NCBI GenBank assembly: GCA_964016885.1
Contig: OZ024744.1
Coordinates: forward strand, 97,402,001-97,466,000
From: Eledone cirrhosa
Lineage: Eukaryota
DNA: 64,000 nt
Reading direction: 5' to 3'
The notes under the pieces were generated by a model. That model was not told the DNA's origin and did no database searches. It was given only the letters and a program-made list of their open reading frames with translations. How positions within the stretch are numbered: position 1 is the stretch's first letter; each line of letters begins with the position of its first letter. A program made the translations under genes and the position numbers. Positions 1 to 13,528 of the stretch are shown one piece after another.

Positions 1-82
1 TGTACGTATACACACATACTTACATTTAAGTAAGTGCCGTAATAAGAGTGAGAAATGAAATTTCGTTTTCATTTTATTTCAA

Positions 83-84
<2 letters not shown>

Positions 85-167
<83 letters not shown>

Positions 168-191
168 GTATATATGTATATATGTATATAT
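85..191. repeat. (TA)n microsatellite; representative of many TA, CA and CATA tracts (e.g. 3075-3397, 5790-5917, 24585-24665)
   Basis: Direct reading; explains the YIYIYI ORFs. Confidence 0.98.
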
Positions 192-753
192 ATGGTGGCT
201 GCCAACTCGTTTTCGAGTACGGCCACTACTTTATATCCATGTAGGAAAACCCCTACCAATGCGCTGAATGAGTGTGACTTTTTAGTCCAGCCAGCGACTT
301 GAAAACTCTGGTACAAACACTACACTTGTGACAATTATTGACACATAGTGCTGGGCCCATGGTACTATGTGACGACAAGTGCAGAGAGATCTCCAGATAT
401 AAAGCAATGCCTGTGCCGTGAAGCTTTTATAGTGAGCAAAGGCACTGCACAAAGCTAGTCCCACTCTCTTAACCAAGATGATATTTACCAAAAAGAAGAA
501 CAAGTCAACATCATTGGATACCATCAGGGTTTCAGGTGTTATATCAGAGTTTTCCTTCTCCTAGAATTCTGCCTTGACAAAGGCTAAGAGGTCATCTCTC
601 CCGGTGATTTTGGATGGCCATTGACTCTTAAGAGCTCCTTTGCCCTTTGACAGGTTTTGTTTTTAGTCCTGCAGGATGTCCAAAGTCACCCTCCTCACCA
701 AGAAACCTTTCTGGGGTTGCCAGTTTAGTCGCCAACCATGGGACAGGTTGTAC
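192..753 (-). mobile_element. Non-autonomous bipartite RTE-related element (SINE-like), copy 1
   Basis: Near-identical to 8001-8562 and 27673-28184; middle resembles the RTE 5' UTR at 12730-12960; 3' end resembles the RTE 3' terminal stem-loop. Confidence 0.8.
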
Positions 754-944
754 TGGGATACATGTTACCAGTAGCACCAACTGGTGACCTGACATACACA
801 CACATGTATATATATTTATATACACACACACATATGTATATGCAAGAGATGTCAACATTAATGGACCTATTATTTTTATCTAAAGACATTTTTTTTCCAA
901 TTCCATCCCGCCCGTCCCCTTAATCTATTTCATTTCTGATTCTT

Positions 945-980
945 TCTTCTGAAGAAGGACTAGCATCCGAAACGTTAAGA
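945..980 (+). ncRNA. Minimal type I hammerhead-ribozyme-like motif (Penelope-type terminal repeat)
   Basis: TCTT-CTGAAGA-a-GGA ctagca TCC-GAAACGTT-AAGA; the repeat 905-1070 recurs inverted at 5915-6078 with a degenerate core. Confidence 0.6.
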
Positions 981-1670
981 CCCTCTTGCTGCTATATCAA
1001 GTGTTAACCTAATATACACCTTCCATATACTGTACCGATTGTGTTGTTATTTGTGTTTACCTTTTACATTTATATATATATATGCGTGGAGAAATAAATA
1101 TAGGAGAACAAACCGTTAAAACATGTTTATTTAAAATAGCACCTACGTACGTTTCGCCCGAATGGGCTTCTCAAGGGCATAAATAACTAAAAAGTGTTCC
1201 TTACATGACTCGGAATGGGTTTTTAGAGATAAGTTCACGCCAGAGTTCATTCTTCGTAAAAAAAAACATATATTGATTTTGCAGTAGGTCAAGGGAGATA
1301 ACTCTGGCCGGTGTTAGGGCAGTCTTTTCCGGACGAATTTTGTATCCGTTACCAGTATGTGGTTACTACCTTACCATTGTCGATACGCACAGGGTCAAGT
1401 ATGCAACGTTAGTTTCGAGACGTTTGTTTTCACAGAACTTATGTTTACCGAATTCGCTGACCAGACCCCTTCTTCCTCCCGTTAGACCTGTGCGAAATTC
1501 CTTCCTTGCTCACATTTCAATCAGTTTTGATGGTCTTTATTCTCTCGTTCACGATTTCACCGAATTTATATTCATAGAAATCTGGGACTTGTCTCTTTCT
1601 TCATCACTTTCTGTTGCTTAAACCATTTTGTTTGTTTACCCTAGCGTCCCCTTTATTTACGTGTCCCAAC

Positions 1671-1715
<45 letters not shown>

Positions 1716-1876
1716 CGATTCCAGGATGCGTTATGTCCTTGAGCAAGACACTTTATTTCACGTTGCTCCTTCTACTTGGAGTTGCGTCCGATAGATAGTA
1801 CAAGCAACTGGAAAGACCAACGGAAACATTGTTTCCTCGGTCCAATTTGACGAAAGTCGATCGATCCTATATATCT

Positions 1877-2341
1877 CTAGGGCAGGTAAAATTCCCGAGA
1901 TCCATAGACGAGTTCTCTCCAGCGGACTCTGTCCCTCATTATCGCTGCCATGTCCTGCGTCTCCAACAGACCAGTGTCTGTCCTTAGGGCATCAACATAT
2001 GTTAACCTTGGTCTTCCTCTTCCAGTGTGTCCATGCAGGCGCTCCCATAGGAGCACTGAGTGCAATGTCAACTCTGGATGTCGGTGAGCATGTCTAGCTG
2101 ACCTCAGTCTCCTCTGTGTCACTTTTGAGCTGACTTTTGGGAGGCTCCCATACAGCTCTGAGTTTTTCAGCTTGAGATCAGTGTGGAAGTCGGACCTTCG
2201 TAAAGACCTGAAAATCCGCCTCTTCATTGCTGTAGTGGAGTCTGTGCTGCTGTACAAGTCTGAGACTTGCACACTGACCAAGAAACTCACTCAGATGGTG
2301 GATGAGTGATACACGAGAATGCTGAGGATGGCTCTGAACAT

Positions 2342-2342
<1 letters not shown>
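1877..2342 (-). mobile_element. 5'-truncated RTE-like LINE 3' fragment with inverted 5' part
   Basis: Minus 1877-2169 encodes QRRLRSARHAHRH...GRGRPRLTYVD; plus 2170-2342 encodes VESVLLYKSETCTL; homologous to 48544-49101. Confidence 0.8.
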
Positions 2343-2415
<73 letters not shown>

Positions 2416-2949
2416 GGTGTGTGGGTGTGTGGGTGTGTGTGTGTGTGTGTGTGTATATATTGTGTACATATGTAAAAGAAAATGTTCAGCCCCTTTATTT
2501 TGTTTTGTCTTTTTGTCTTTATTCTATCTCATTACTTTTATCATAGCTAATTTTTTAAATTATTTTTTATTATTCTTTGTGACTTATTTCCCACTCTTTC
2601 TGTCCCTTCAAATTATATCTTTACTACCTCTCTTCTTAGACCAGTTGCCTTTTGTTCACAGTAGATAGCAGTAGAAATATCTTCACTGCAACATGCGACA
2701 AACTTACCTCGTACTTTGAACTCTTTTTGAAATATTTCTGAAGAAATGCTCTATTTAATGTATTGCTAAATGAATGGGCATACTAATATTATGCCCATTA
2801 TTATAATAATATTATTATGCAACCAGCATTATGTAGACTTATATTGTATTAAAACATATGTTAAAGATCGAACTTATGATTAAATTCTTCATTTTTTCTA
2901 TACTTCGCGTCTAGTATTTGTTTTACTTATACATTTTAAAATATTATAT

Positions 2950-3045
2950 ATTACTTTGCCTTTCATCCTTACGGGGTCGATAAAATAAAGTACCAGTAAT
3001 GCACTGGGTAATTGCTGGCCTTGTGCCTAAAGTAGAAACAATTAT
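2950..3045 (+). mobile_element. SINE 3' fragment with Nin-like central domain
   Basis: GCCTTTCATCCTTACGGGGTCGATAAAATAAAGTACC; similar copies at 21633-21753, 30003-30190 and 39585-39683. Confidence 0.75.
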
Positions 3046-3074
3046 ATATTACTTATACATTTAAATATATATAC

Positions 3075-3138
<64 letters not shown>

Positions 3139-3157
3139 CTATATATATATATATGTA

Positions 3158-3219
<62 letters not shown>

Positions 3220-3305
3220 AGATTTTTAAATGTATAAGTAAAACAATATATATATATATTATATATATATGTGTGTGTGTCTGTGTGTGTGAGTATGTGT
3301 GTGTA

Positions 3306-3395
<90 letters not shown>

Positions 3396-3400
<5 letters not shown>

Positions 3401-5640
3401 AAAGAGTGAAGAATAACATGGTCAACAGTACAAAACGTGTTTTTATTTACAGTATTAACAATTGTTTCACTGAGTAAGTTGTCTAAAAATTACTGAACAC
3501 TTGAAGCTGTGCCACTCAATTGTAAATACGATGTTAGCTTAACCAGATCATCAGAAACGACTGTGGAAAACATACTCAGCGTTTACGAATTCAAATTACA
3601 TCATTAATAAAGAAAGAGAGAGAAAAAAAGAGAGAAAAAGAAAAAAGATAGAGAGAAAAAAGAAAGAAAAGAAACGGATGAAAAAAATAGATAAAAGATA
3701 AATAAAAATAAAAATAGAGAGAAATAAATAAAGATAATAATAATAAATGAATAAATGTTAATAAATAAGTTATAACGAAGATGATAAAAAATAATACAAA
3801 ACATGATAAAAAATAAATAAACAATTTAATATTTGTGCAAAGAAAAGTAAACATAGCATGATTATTGAGAGTAGTTGTGGTGTTGGTGGTTAAATATAGA
3901 GATATGATTGTATAAACATGAAAATGTTAAATATATTCATATATGTATTAGCTACATTAATAAATTAATTAAATAATTAATTAATTGTAAGTTATATTAG
4001 AAGTGAAAATAATACGACAAGAGGAGTGATGTCGATAGATTCTACTTAAGGAGATCTGCAGGTGGAAGAGGTCTTATCAGCATAGAGGACTATGTTCAGA
4101 TGGAGAAAAACAACCTATACAAATACGTGACTGATAGTAGGGAGCCAATGCTCAGAATTGTACTGAAGGAGGGGACAATAGACCAGGGGATGTCCAAGGA
4201 GGAAATAACAACGAGGAGAAAGATCAGCCTTCATGAAAAATCCCTTCATAGTACCTTCTTTGAGAAAACTGAATTCAGAGATCCACAGACATGGAACTGG
4301 TTGAAAAGAGGAGACCTTAAAAGGGCTACAGAAGGAATGTTAATGGCTGCGCAAGAGCAGGCCCTCAAAACGAAGTGGCTGAAACACCATATTTACAAGG
4401 AGGAGGCTAGCACACTGTGTAGGATCTGTGGAGTGGAAAGAGAGAGAGGAGACTGTGGCTCACATCGTATCCGAGTGTAAACACCTAGCCCAGACTCACT
4501 ATAAAGGCTGGAGACATGATATGATGGGCAGGGTGATCCACTGGCACCTATGCAAAGTAAACAATTTACCACATTCTGAGAAGTGGTGTGAGCATAAGCC
4601 AGAGTCGGTGATAGAAAACGATCAGGTGAAGGTGCTATGGGATTTTAGGATACAGACGGACAAGAAACTGGAACACAATAAACCTGACCTGGTGGTTTTG
4701 GACAAGGAAAAAAGATTGTGCCTGATTGTGGATGTGGCCTGCCCATTCGACACAAGAGTGCAAGAAAAGGAGAGGGAGAAAATTAACCGAAACCAGGACT
4801 TAAAGTGGGAGGTAAAAATGATTTGGAACTGCCATGAAGTCAAAGTGGTCCCGATTGTCATAGGCGCACTAGGTTCTATCTCAAAGAGTTTCCAGGGTTG
4901 GTTAAAGAAAATTGGCCCCGCCCCGCTTTTTGGAACACTTCAAAAGGCATGCTTGCTGGGAACAGCAAGAACCCTCCGATACGTCCTGAATATCTGAGGC
5001 TGCAGGTAGTGGTTTGATATTCATTTCAACAAACTTTCCAGTTAAATAACATCAATGACTGAGACTCAAAGAACAATAATAATAATAAAAATAATGATAA
5101 TAGGTTATTATAATAGATTCAGGTGGTACAATTTGAATTATGGAATAGATGGGATGAATTAAGTTGGTCTGAAATTATCGAATTTGCTCGCTGTTTTATC
5201 TCTACAGAAAAATTATTCGTTCAATTTTGCTGTTAAGCAGCATTTTGTTATATTTTAAAATATGGAATAATTCCATATTGCAAAGTCTACAATGGGACAG
5301 GCCAATTCTATAGGCCATTGCAGTTGACAACTTCTACATTCTTTAAATTAATTGACAAGCACTTCCCTAAACTTTTTCTTTTTTAATATCTTTTTCTTTT
5401 TTTCTTTTTTCCTCTTTTTTTTTCTCTCTCTTCTTTATTAATGATGTTGTAATTTGAATTCGTAAACGCTGAGTATGTTTTCAATAGTCGTTTCTGATGA
5501 TCTGGTTAAGCTAACATCGTTTTTAAAATTGAGTGGCACAGAAATTTTTAGACAACTTAATCAGTGAAACAATTGTGGATACTGTAAATAAAACCCTTTT
5601 TTGTACTGTTGACCATGTTATTCTTCATTCTTTCAATATT
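3396..5640. mobile_element. Penelope-like remnant with ~250 bp inverted termini (3396-3650 / 5385-5640) carrying a hammerhead-like motif
   Basis: Arms are reverse complements; 5339-5371 translates FFKLIDKHFP, a Penelope linker motif resembling LFRALDNCFP in ORF 19032-19619. Confidence 0.6.
4016..5100 (+). pseudogene. R4/Dong-like non-LTR retrotransposon 3' fragment (CCHC + restriction-like endonuclease), frameshifted near 4440, (AAT)n tail
   Basis: ORFs 4100-4480 and 4428-4997: AAQEQAL, CRIC..HIVSEC, RHD, KPDLVV, DVACP, VVPIVIGALG. Confidence 0.85.
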
Positions 5641-5785
5641 ATTACTCCAAGATAAACTTACATAAGAATTCCCGAGAAATCACAAACTCGTCATCTACGG
5701 AAACGTCTTGTTGAGTCAAACAACGCCGTACGCTAAAACTATCCACAACCTCTAACTGGATTACCTATAACGATATTTTGTTATC

Positions 5786-5921
<136 letters not shown>

Positions 5922-6389
5922 ACGTAAACAGAAATAACAACACAATTGGTACAGTATATGGAAGGGATATATTAGGTTAACGCTTGATATAGCAGGAAGA
6001 GGGTCTTAACGTTTCGGACGCTAGTACTTCAGCGGAAGAAAGAATGAGAAATAAGATAGATTGAGGTTACGGGCGGGTTATATATATATATATATCATTG
6101 TTAAGTCAAGAGTACTCAAACTATAAGGCCATATAAAAAGATCAACTCGTGATGTGAGTACGTTATGTTTGGAAGGAAGGTTGGCTGGTAAGAGAAGCAG
6201 AGGCCGGCAGCCAAAATGATGGTTTGATAATGTCAACTTATGGACTGGACTTGATCTTTGTTCTTTGAACTCTACTGCTGGTGATCGAACTTTGTGGAGA
6301 AAAATATCTCATGTTGATGCGCAGTCTGCATCTGGCGGAGTTTAGCGTCATAAGAAATATATAATATATATATATACATATATATATAT

Positions 6390-6803
6390 ATATTAGAATT
6401 GGTGCTTTGAAATAGCGATATATATATGAATGTGTATATAGTGTACTTTGCAATACACTGTATGCTTAAAAGCATTTTGAAGACCATACGCTATTGTATT
6501 AAAGTAGTGACAGTGTCACTTACTTAAATTTTCAGCAAACAGGAGAGATAAGCTGACATAGTTCTGTTTCGTACTTGTTGGTACTTATCAAAACTCATTA
6601 TTCTCCGTTTGCTGAAAATTATGTGTGTTGGATTCTTATAGAATTGCAGTAATAATCAGGAACTGATTATACAGAGCGGTCACCGGTCCAGCAGAAATTG
6701 AAAATTAGAATTGGTGCTCTTAAATAGCGATATATATATGAATGTATATATAATCTATTTTGAAATACACTGTATGTTTAATTAAAAGCATTTTGAAGAC
6801 CAT
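6390..6803 (+). repeat. ~100 bp direct repeat pair (6390-6490, 6705-6803); a second pair at 6917-7016 / 7156-7256
   Basis: Direct sequence comparison. Confidence 0.8.
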
Positions 6804-7604
6804 ATTTTCAATTCCAAACCCAGTGTAAGTAAAGAACCCAGTAAATTACAATTTGAGGCAAATATCAGCCGCATAAGAAAAAGTAATTGGACCTCACTAC
6901 TCATCTTTTTACAGAGATTGGAATGGAATTTGGTGACTCCAACATGGAAAATGTGTGTCCACCTTTGAAATCCTAAAATAAACAGCTTGACGATACAACT
7001 TCTACAGTTAGGGGACACACATTTTCCATGTTGGAGTCACCAAATATAGTGGGCATAGAAATATATCCAGGAGTATCTCTCGTCTTTTCTTTGTCGATGA
7101 CCTGGGCCAAATATCAACCACAAAAAATCGGACCTCTTTACCCAATTTTCTAGACATTGGAATGAAATTCGGCGAGTCCAACATTGAAAATGTGTGTCCA
7201 CCTTTGAAATCCTAAAATAAACAGCTTGATCGTACAACTTCTACAGTTAGGGGACAGTTATAGGTATCTTGGACAGGATTAGAATGTCAGATATGATGGA
7301 CCATTAGATAAGGAGATGTCTAGGAATGAATATCTCAGATGAGTAAAGAGAATATGATCATCAGAACTCTCAGCGTACAACAAACACATTGCCCATTATA
7401 CTTTTGCTGTGCCCATCCCTAACATTTGATTTGCTGGACTGAGCTAGATTGATGTTAGGACCCACAAGTTGATCAGTGTTATGTAGATATGTTTCCCTTT
7501 AAACGATCCGGAAAGTAACACTGAAGCAACATCTTTCAAAGAAGAAAAAGGGTCAGCAGCCAGGTTTATGAGCATGAAAATAAGAATATTGTTTGTATAA
7601 TCAC

Positions 7605-7753
7605 TGACGTTTCGGAGCTCCAGAGGTGCGTTTTGGAGCAAGGGGCGTTGGGGGGGGGGGGGGGGGGGGCACCGGAAGGCTATTTACTTAGGTAAGTTTT
7701 ATAAGCCATATTTGTACGTCTCTGAGACAGCCAGTGTGAATGCATTTGAATGA
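7605..7753 (+). mobile_element. Subterminal left-end fragment of the hAT/Buster family
   Basis: Matches 15208-15392; TIR not seen. Confidence 0.65.
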
Positions 7754-8000
7754 AGAAAACGAAGAAAATAAATAAAAGCTTGTCAACGAATTCCCTAGGG
7801 AGATAAAAGAAAAACGAAAGAAATCAAAGAATATGAAAATAAGGACAACTTTAACCTTGAAACCTTGACAACTGTTACAAGAACAACAGAAACGATAAGA
7901 AAAAGAAGCAATGGTGATGAAAGGTGTGGGTGTATACTTATACATACATACAATCATACACACACACACATGCATACGTACATACATTCATACATACATA

Positions 8001-8562
8001 CATGGTGGCTGCCAACTCGTTTTCGAGTACGGCCACTACTTTATAACCATGTAGGAGAACCCCTATCGATTCGCTGAACGAGTGTGACTTTTTAGTCCAG
8101 CCAGCGACTTGAAAACTCTGGTACAAATACTACACTTGTGACAATTACTGACACATAGTACTGGGCCTATGGTACCATGTGACGACAAGTGCAGAGAGAT
8201 CTCCAGATATAAAGCAATGCCTGTACCGTGAAGCTTTTATAGTGAGCAAAGGCACTGCACAAAGCCAGTCTCTTAACCAAGATGATATTTACCAAAAAGA
8301 AGAACAAGTCAACATCATTGGATACCATCAGGGTTTCGGGTGTTATATTGGAGTTTTCCTTCTAGAATTCTGCCTTGACAAAGGCTAAGGGGTCATCTCT
8401 CCCGGTGATTTTGGATGGCCATTGACTCTTAAGAGCTCCTTTGCCCTTTGACAAGTTTTGTTTTTAGTCCTGCAGGATGTCCAAAGTCACCCTCCTCACC
8501 AAGAAACCTTGGTAGGGTTTCCAGTTTAGTCGCCAACGACCCGACCATGGGACAGGTTGTAC
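8001..8562 (-). mobile_element. Non-autonomous bipartite RTE-related element, copy 2, flanked by (CATA)n
   Basis: Near-identical to 192-753. Confidence 0.85.
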
Positions 8563-8613
8563 ATACATACATACATACATACATACATACATACATACAT
8601 ACATACATACATA

Positions 8614-8658
8614 CATGATGATGGCTGCCCCCTCGTTATCGAGTATGGCCATTGCACA

Positions 8659-8728
<70 letters not shown>

Positions 8729-8760
8729 GAAAAAAAAAAAGAAAAAAAAAAAGGGAAAAG

Positions 8761-8793
<33 letters not shown>

Positions 8794-8913
8794 TATACAT
8801 ATATATATACATACACATATATATACACACACATACATACACATACATACATATATACACACACACATACATACACATACACTCACACATATATACACAC
8901 ATACATTAATAAC

Positions 8914-8959
<46 letters not shown>

Positions 8960-9038
8960 GCAATAATATTAATAACGACAACAACAACAATAATATACAT
9001 ATTCATATATATATACACACACACGCACGCACATAAGC

Positions 9039-9076
<38 letters not shown>

Positions 9077-12000
9077 GATAGCAACTAACAGTGCTGCGAT
9101 CGAATGTGGCTTTTTAGCCCAGCCAATGATCTAAAATGTCTTGCACAGAGTCGGCAACCAAAACATTTACTGGGAATAGTCGGCTGTGGTTGGAGTTCGT
9201 GTACTTTTGCATGTCGCTTGAGTCCTCCTGCTGATTTACATTCTCTACCACATGTTTGGCAAGCATGATGAGTAGCATCTCCAACAGCAGCCTGGTAGTC
9301 AACCACTGGTCTTACTTTATGACTGCGAAGATGACTTTCGAGTCCAGCTTTGCTTAGGCAGAGTCTCGCACAGACGCTGCATGTCAGAAACATAGGAGGA
9401 CCCTCGCCGTCTGGAAGTGCAACAGCAATACCCTTCCTCACGTCCCGCTTTACTTTCTCGTGTGCGATTCGAGATGCCTCAAAGGCAACTTTTCCCTCAT
9501 ATACAGTCTTTCTCCATTTATTACGATCAGCAGCAATATTTTCCCATGTATCAGCAGAGATGTTAGCGTCTTTCAGAGAGGCCTTCAAGGAATCCTTATA
9601 CCTCTTTTTTGGTTTATGTGGCGGTCGTTTTCCTTTAACCAACTCTCCATAGAAGAGTTGTTTTGGTATTCTAGAATCCTTCATCCTGGCAAGGTGACCA
9701 CTCCAACGGAGTCGCTGCTTAAGCACAAGAGCTTCTATACTGTCACACATAGAGCTTTCCAAAATCTCGACATCACTGATGTGGTCCCTCCAGCGAACGC
9801 CATGTATCCGTCTGAGACACATCTGATGGAAACGCTCCAATTGCCTAAGGTGGCGTCGATATGTGACCCAGGTCTCGCAGGCATAAAGAAGACAAGAGAG
9901 TACACATGCCCTGTACACCCTTACCTTTGTCCTCCTGCATATGTCTCGCCGACCCCAGAGTCGCCTTTCTAGCTTTCCGAAAGCATCACTTGCTTTCCTA
10001 ATCCTAAGTGAGATTTCACTGTCAAGGTTGCCGTATCGATTGACAGTGCTTCCCAGGTAGACAAACTGATCAACCACTCCAAGTCGTTTGCCATACACAT
10101 AGATGTTTGGTTCAGTGTACTGCCTACCAGGTGCAGGTTGGTACATGACGACGGTTTTCTTGAGACTGACAGTCAAACCCAGGGCAGTGCAAGCGTCAGA
10201 AAATACATTCAAAATGTGCTGCATATCACTCTCTGTGTGCGCTACAAGATCGCAATCATCTGCATACAAGAGGTCTCTTATGACTGATGTAAATACCTTT
10301 GTCTTCGCAGCAAAGCGCCTGATGTTAAATATGCTGCCTGAGGTTCGATATCGGATGTAAACACCATGCTCGCAATTCCTGAATGCAACACAGAAAACCA
10401 TTGCAAAGTATATGGCAAACAGGGTCGGTGCTGGAATATCCCCCTGTTTCACTCCATTTTTTACTGAGATAGGCTCCGACATGTTACCTCCGACATTAAC
10501 CCAAGCCTTCATGTCGTCATGGAAAGACCTAACTAAAGCAAGGAACTTATCAGGGCAACCAAGTTTCTGGAGAATCTTCCATAATGCATCTCTGTTGACA
10601 GTATCGAAAGCCTTTGTCAGATCGACAAAAACCTGATACAGATCCAAGCCCTGTTCAATGCACTTCTCCTGGAGCTGTCTAGCTGAGAAGATCATATCAG
10701 TAGTGCCGCGTCCAACACGAAAACCAGATTGACTTTCAGGAAGGACACAATCTGCAATGTGTGTCAGCAGACGGTCCAGAAGCACCCTACATAAAACTTT
10801 CCCCACGACAGAAAGCAATGATATACCTCTGTAGTTCCCACAATCATTCCTGTTACCCTTTCCCTTGTACAAGACCACCATTACTGCATCTCTCCAGTCC
10901 TCAGGCACGGATTCATTAGCCCATATCCCTCCAAACAGAGAGTGAAGATGTTGCAGGAGTCTCTCACCACCATATTGTAGGAGCTCAGCATGTATGCCAT
11001 CCATACCTGGAGATCTTCCACTGTTCAGCTTCGAAATAGCCACTGCAACCTCCACAAGTGTCGGAGGTTCTGCGAGAGCTACTTTCACAGGACTTTCCGG
11101 AATGAGATTGAGGAAATCTTCACTGACGACAGACGGCTGATTCAAAAGATCATCAAAGTGCTCTCGCCACCTTCGTAGAATTCCCTGTGAGTCACGAAGA
11201 AGTTCTTTGCCATCCCTGCTGCGAATCGGTGTCACCAGAGAAGAAGACGGTCCATAAACCTCACGCAAGAGACTGTACAACAGCTTTGTGTTATTGCAAT
11301 CAGACGCAGTTTGTATCTCACCAGCCTTCTCACTCCACCACTGATCCTTCATCTGAGAAAGACTCCGCCTAACACGTGATTTTACATCCCTGAGCTCCTC
11401 ATGCAACGTATTCCTCTCCTGTGGTTTTGCCGTCAAGTAGCGTGACAGAGCACGCCTCTTATCAGCCAACAAGTCTTCTATATGTACATCATTCTCATTA
11501 AACCAGTCCTGATGTTTTCTCTGCACCAATCCCAGAACACGCCTGCCTACATCATAAACCGACTTTTTAAGGGTCGGCCAATCCTCACCAAGATCTGCAG
11601 CCTGCATCTCTTCTTCCAATGTCCTCTTCACATTTTTATCCTTAAGACGAGCAGCATTCAATCTTTTGGGCAGGGTAACACCAGGAGCCCGGATTTTACG
11701 TTTGGTGATTAGATTCACTTTTGCGCGCACCAGGCGGTGGTCCGTCCAGCACTCAGCTCCACGAAGAACACGAACACACTGCACATCCTGTCTGTCACGC
11801 ATCCTGACTAGGACGTAGTCCAAAAGATGCCATTCCTTAGATGCAGGATGCATCCATGTGGTCTTGAATTTGTTCTTTTGTTGGAACATGGTGTTGGTAA
11901 CACACAGATCCAGCTCCTCACACATCTGCAGCAAGAGCATACCATTGCTGTTACACTTTCCCACCCCATGCCTTCCGATTACATTCCATGTGTTAAAATC

Positions 12001-12669
12001 CCTACCCACTCTAGCATTAAAGTCACCAAGCACGATGACTTTGTCTGCCTGAGGGATATTTCTTAAAACACCTTTCAAGGCATGGTAAAAGGACAGTTTT
12101 TCTTCATCGACAGAATTCATAGTTGGAGCATACACACTCACCAGGGTAGCATATCTTCCCTTGTCCAGCGGAACTCTCATGGACATAAGACGCTCACTAA
12201 TCCCCACTGGGAATTCTTCTAATTTATTCACCAGTACAGTCTTAACAGCAAATCCCACCCCAGCCTCTCTTCTGGTTCCTTCATCTCTTCCTTTCCAGAA
12301 GAATGTATATTCTCCACAAAATTCCGCAAGATGACCATCTCCAGCTAACCTCGTCTCAGACAAAGCCACGATGTCAAGATCGTAACGTCGAAGCTCCTTC
12401 GCAACAAGAGCGGTCCTTCGTTCAGGACGCTCCAAAGAATCCCCGTCAAGCAGCGTCCGTACGTTCCAGCAGCCAAGACTAAATGCCCTGTTTGGCTCTA
12501 TTACAATGGCACGATGACGGGCGGGCCCAAGTTGTGATAACTTGGGGCCCCTGCCCTTATTGCCAATGATCTCTTTTGTTCCAGAACCCAAATTGGCAAT
12601 TATCTCGTTTACATTGTTCTGGAACATCATTGAATTGGAAAAAAAAAAAAAAAAAAAAAAGTAATAATA

Positions 12670-12704
<35 letters not shown>

Positions 12705-13005
12705 ACACTATTAATAATTATTAATGCACTCGTGCAATGCCTGTGCGTGACGAATATTTTTAAAGTGAGGAAAGACTGTGCACTGAACCAATCCCACTCT
12801 CTGAGCGACAGTAGCTATAACCCGAAAAGAAGAAAAGATCAACATCATCGGTAACTACTGAGCCGCAGGTTTTATATCGGAGTTAACCCAGTTTCCTGAG
12901 ATGCCTTCTCCTAGAAGAATACCCTGACATGGGCTAGGGGTTCTTCACTCCCAGTGGTTTAACTGCGCGATCGGGCATCCAGCCCGATTATTTCTATGTC
13001 CCCGC

Positions 13006-13043
<38 letters not shown>

Positions 13044-13481
13044 ACTTATTGACACTTATACGTACGACATACACACACACGCATACATATGCGTGCACAC
13101 AGCAACACTCACACACACAACAAACACACACACACGCTACTCTACTCACTTACACGCACACACACACATATATATATATATATTACCGTCATTACTGATA
13201 CAAGATTACCAGATTATGTCAACTGTTGACTTTCAAGAGTTTGTATAGTTGAAGCCGATCGTATTACAGTCCAGTATTACTATAATTGCTTTACAGCATA
13301 GAGTTATGGCTCTCCACGGAGTCAACAAAAGAGAGTACCAGTGATGCGCTGGCCAGTCGCTGGATCCGTGCCAAAAGCAGAAAAATTATTATTATTAAAG
13401 TTGTTCTTAAGGTCGCTGGTGATGGTGATGGCGACGGCGGTGGCGGTGGTGGTGGTGGTGGCAGTTGATGTTGTTGCTCTG

Positions 13482-13528
<47 letters not shown>

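Noticed and set aside
48-316. Many ORFs of YIYI, CVCV, MYVC, poly-S, poly-H, poly-M or poly-D type across the window
   Set aside because: Translations of stop-free microsatellites
1145-1180. Minus-strand GCCC-attc-GGGC-GAAACGTA hammerhead-like motif
   Set aside because: CUGANGA box is broken (CTTGAGAA); at most a decayed relic, so not counted
8430-8562. Twister or HDV-like ribozyme at the 5' end of the bipartite element
   Set aside because: GGAGGG is present, but the other twister core residues and the HDV nested pseudoknot could not be found by eye
9350-12066. Plus-strand ORFs conserved in both RTE copies
   Set aside because: Antisense shadows; shared only because the copies are nearly identical
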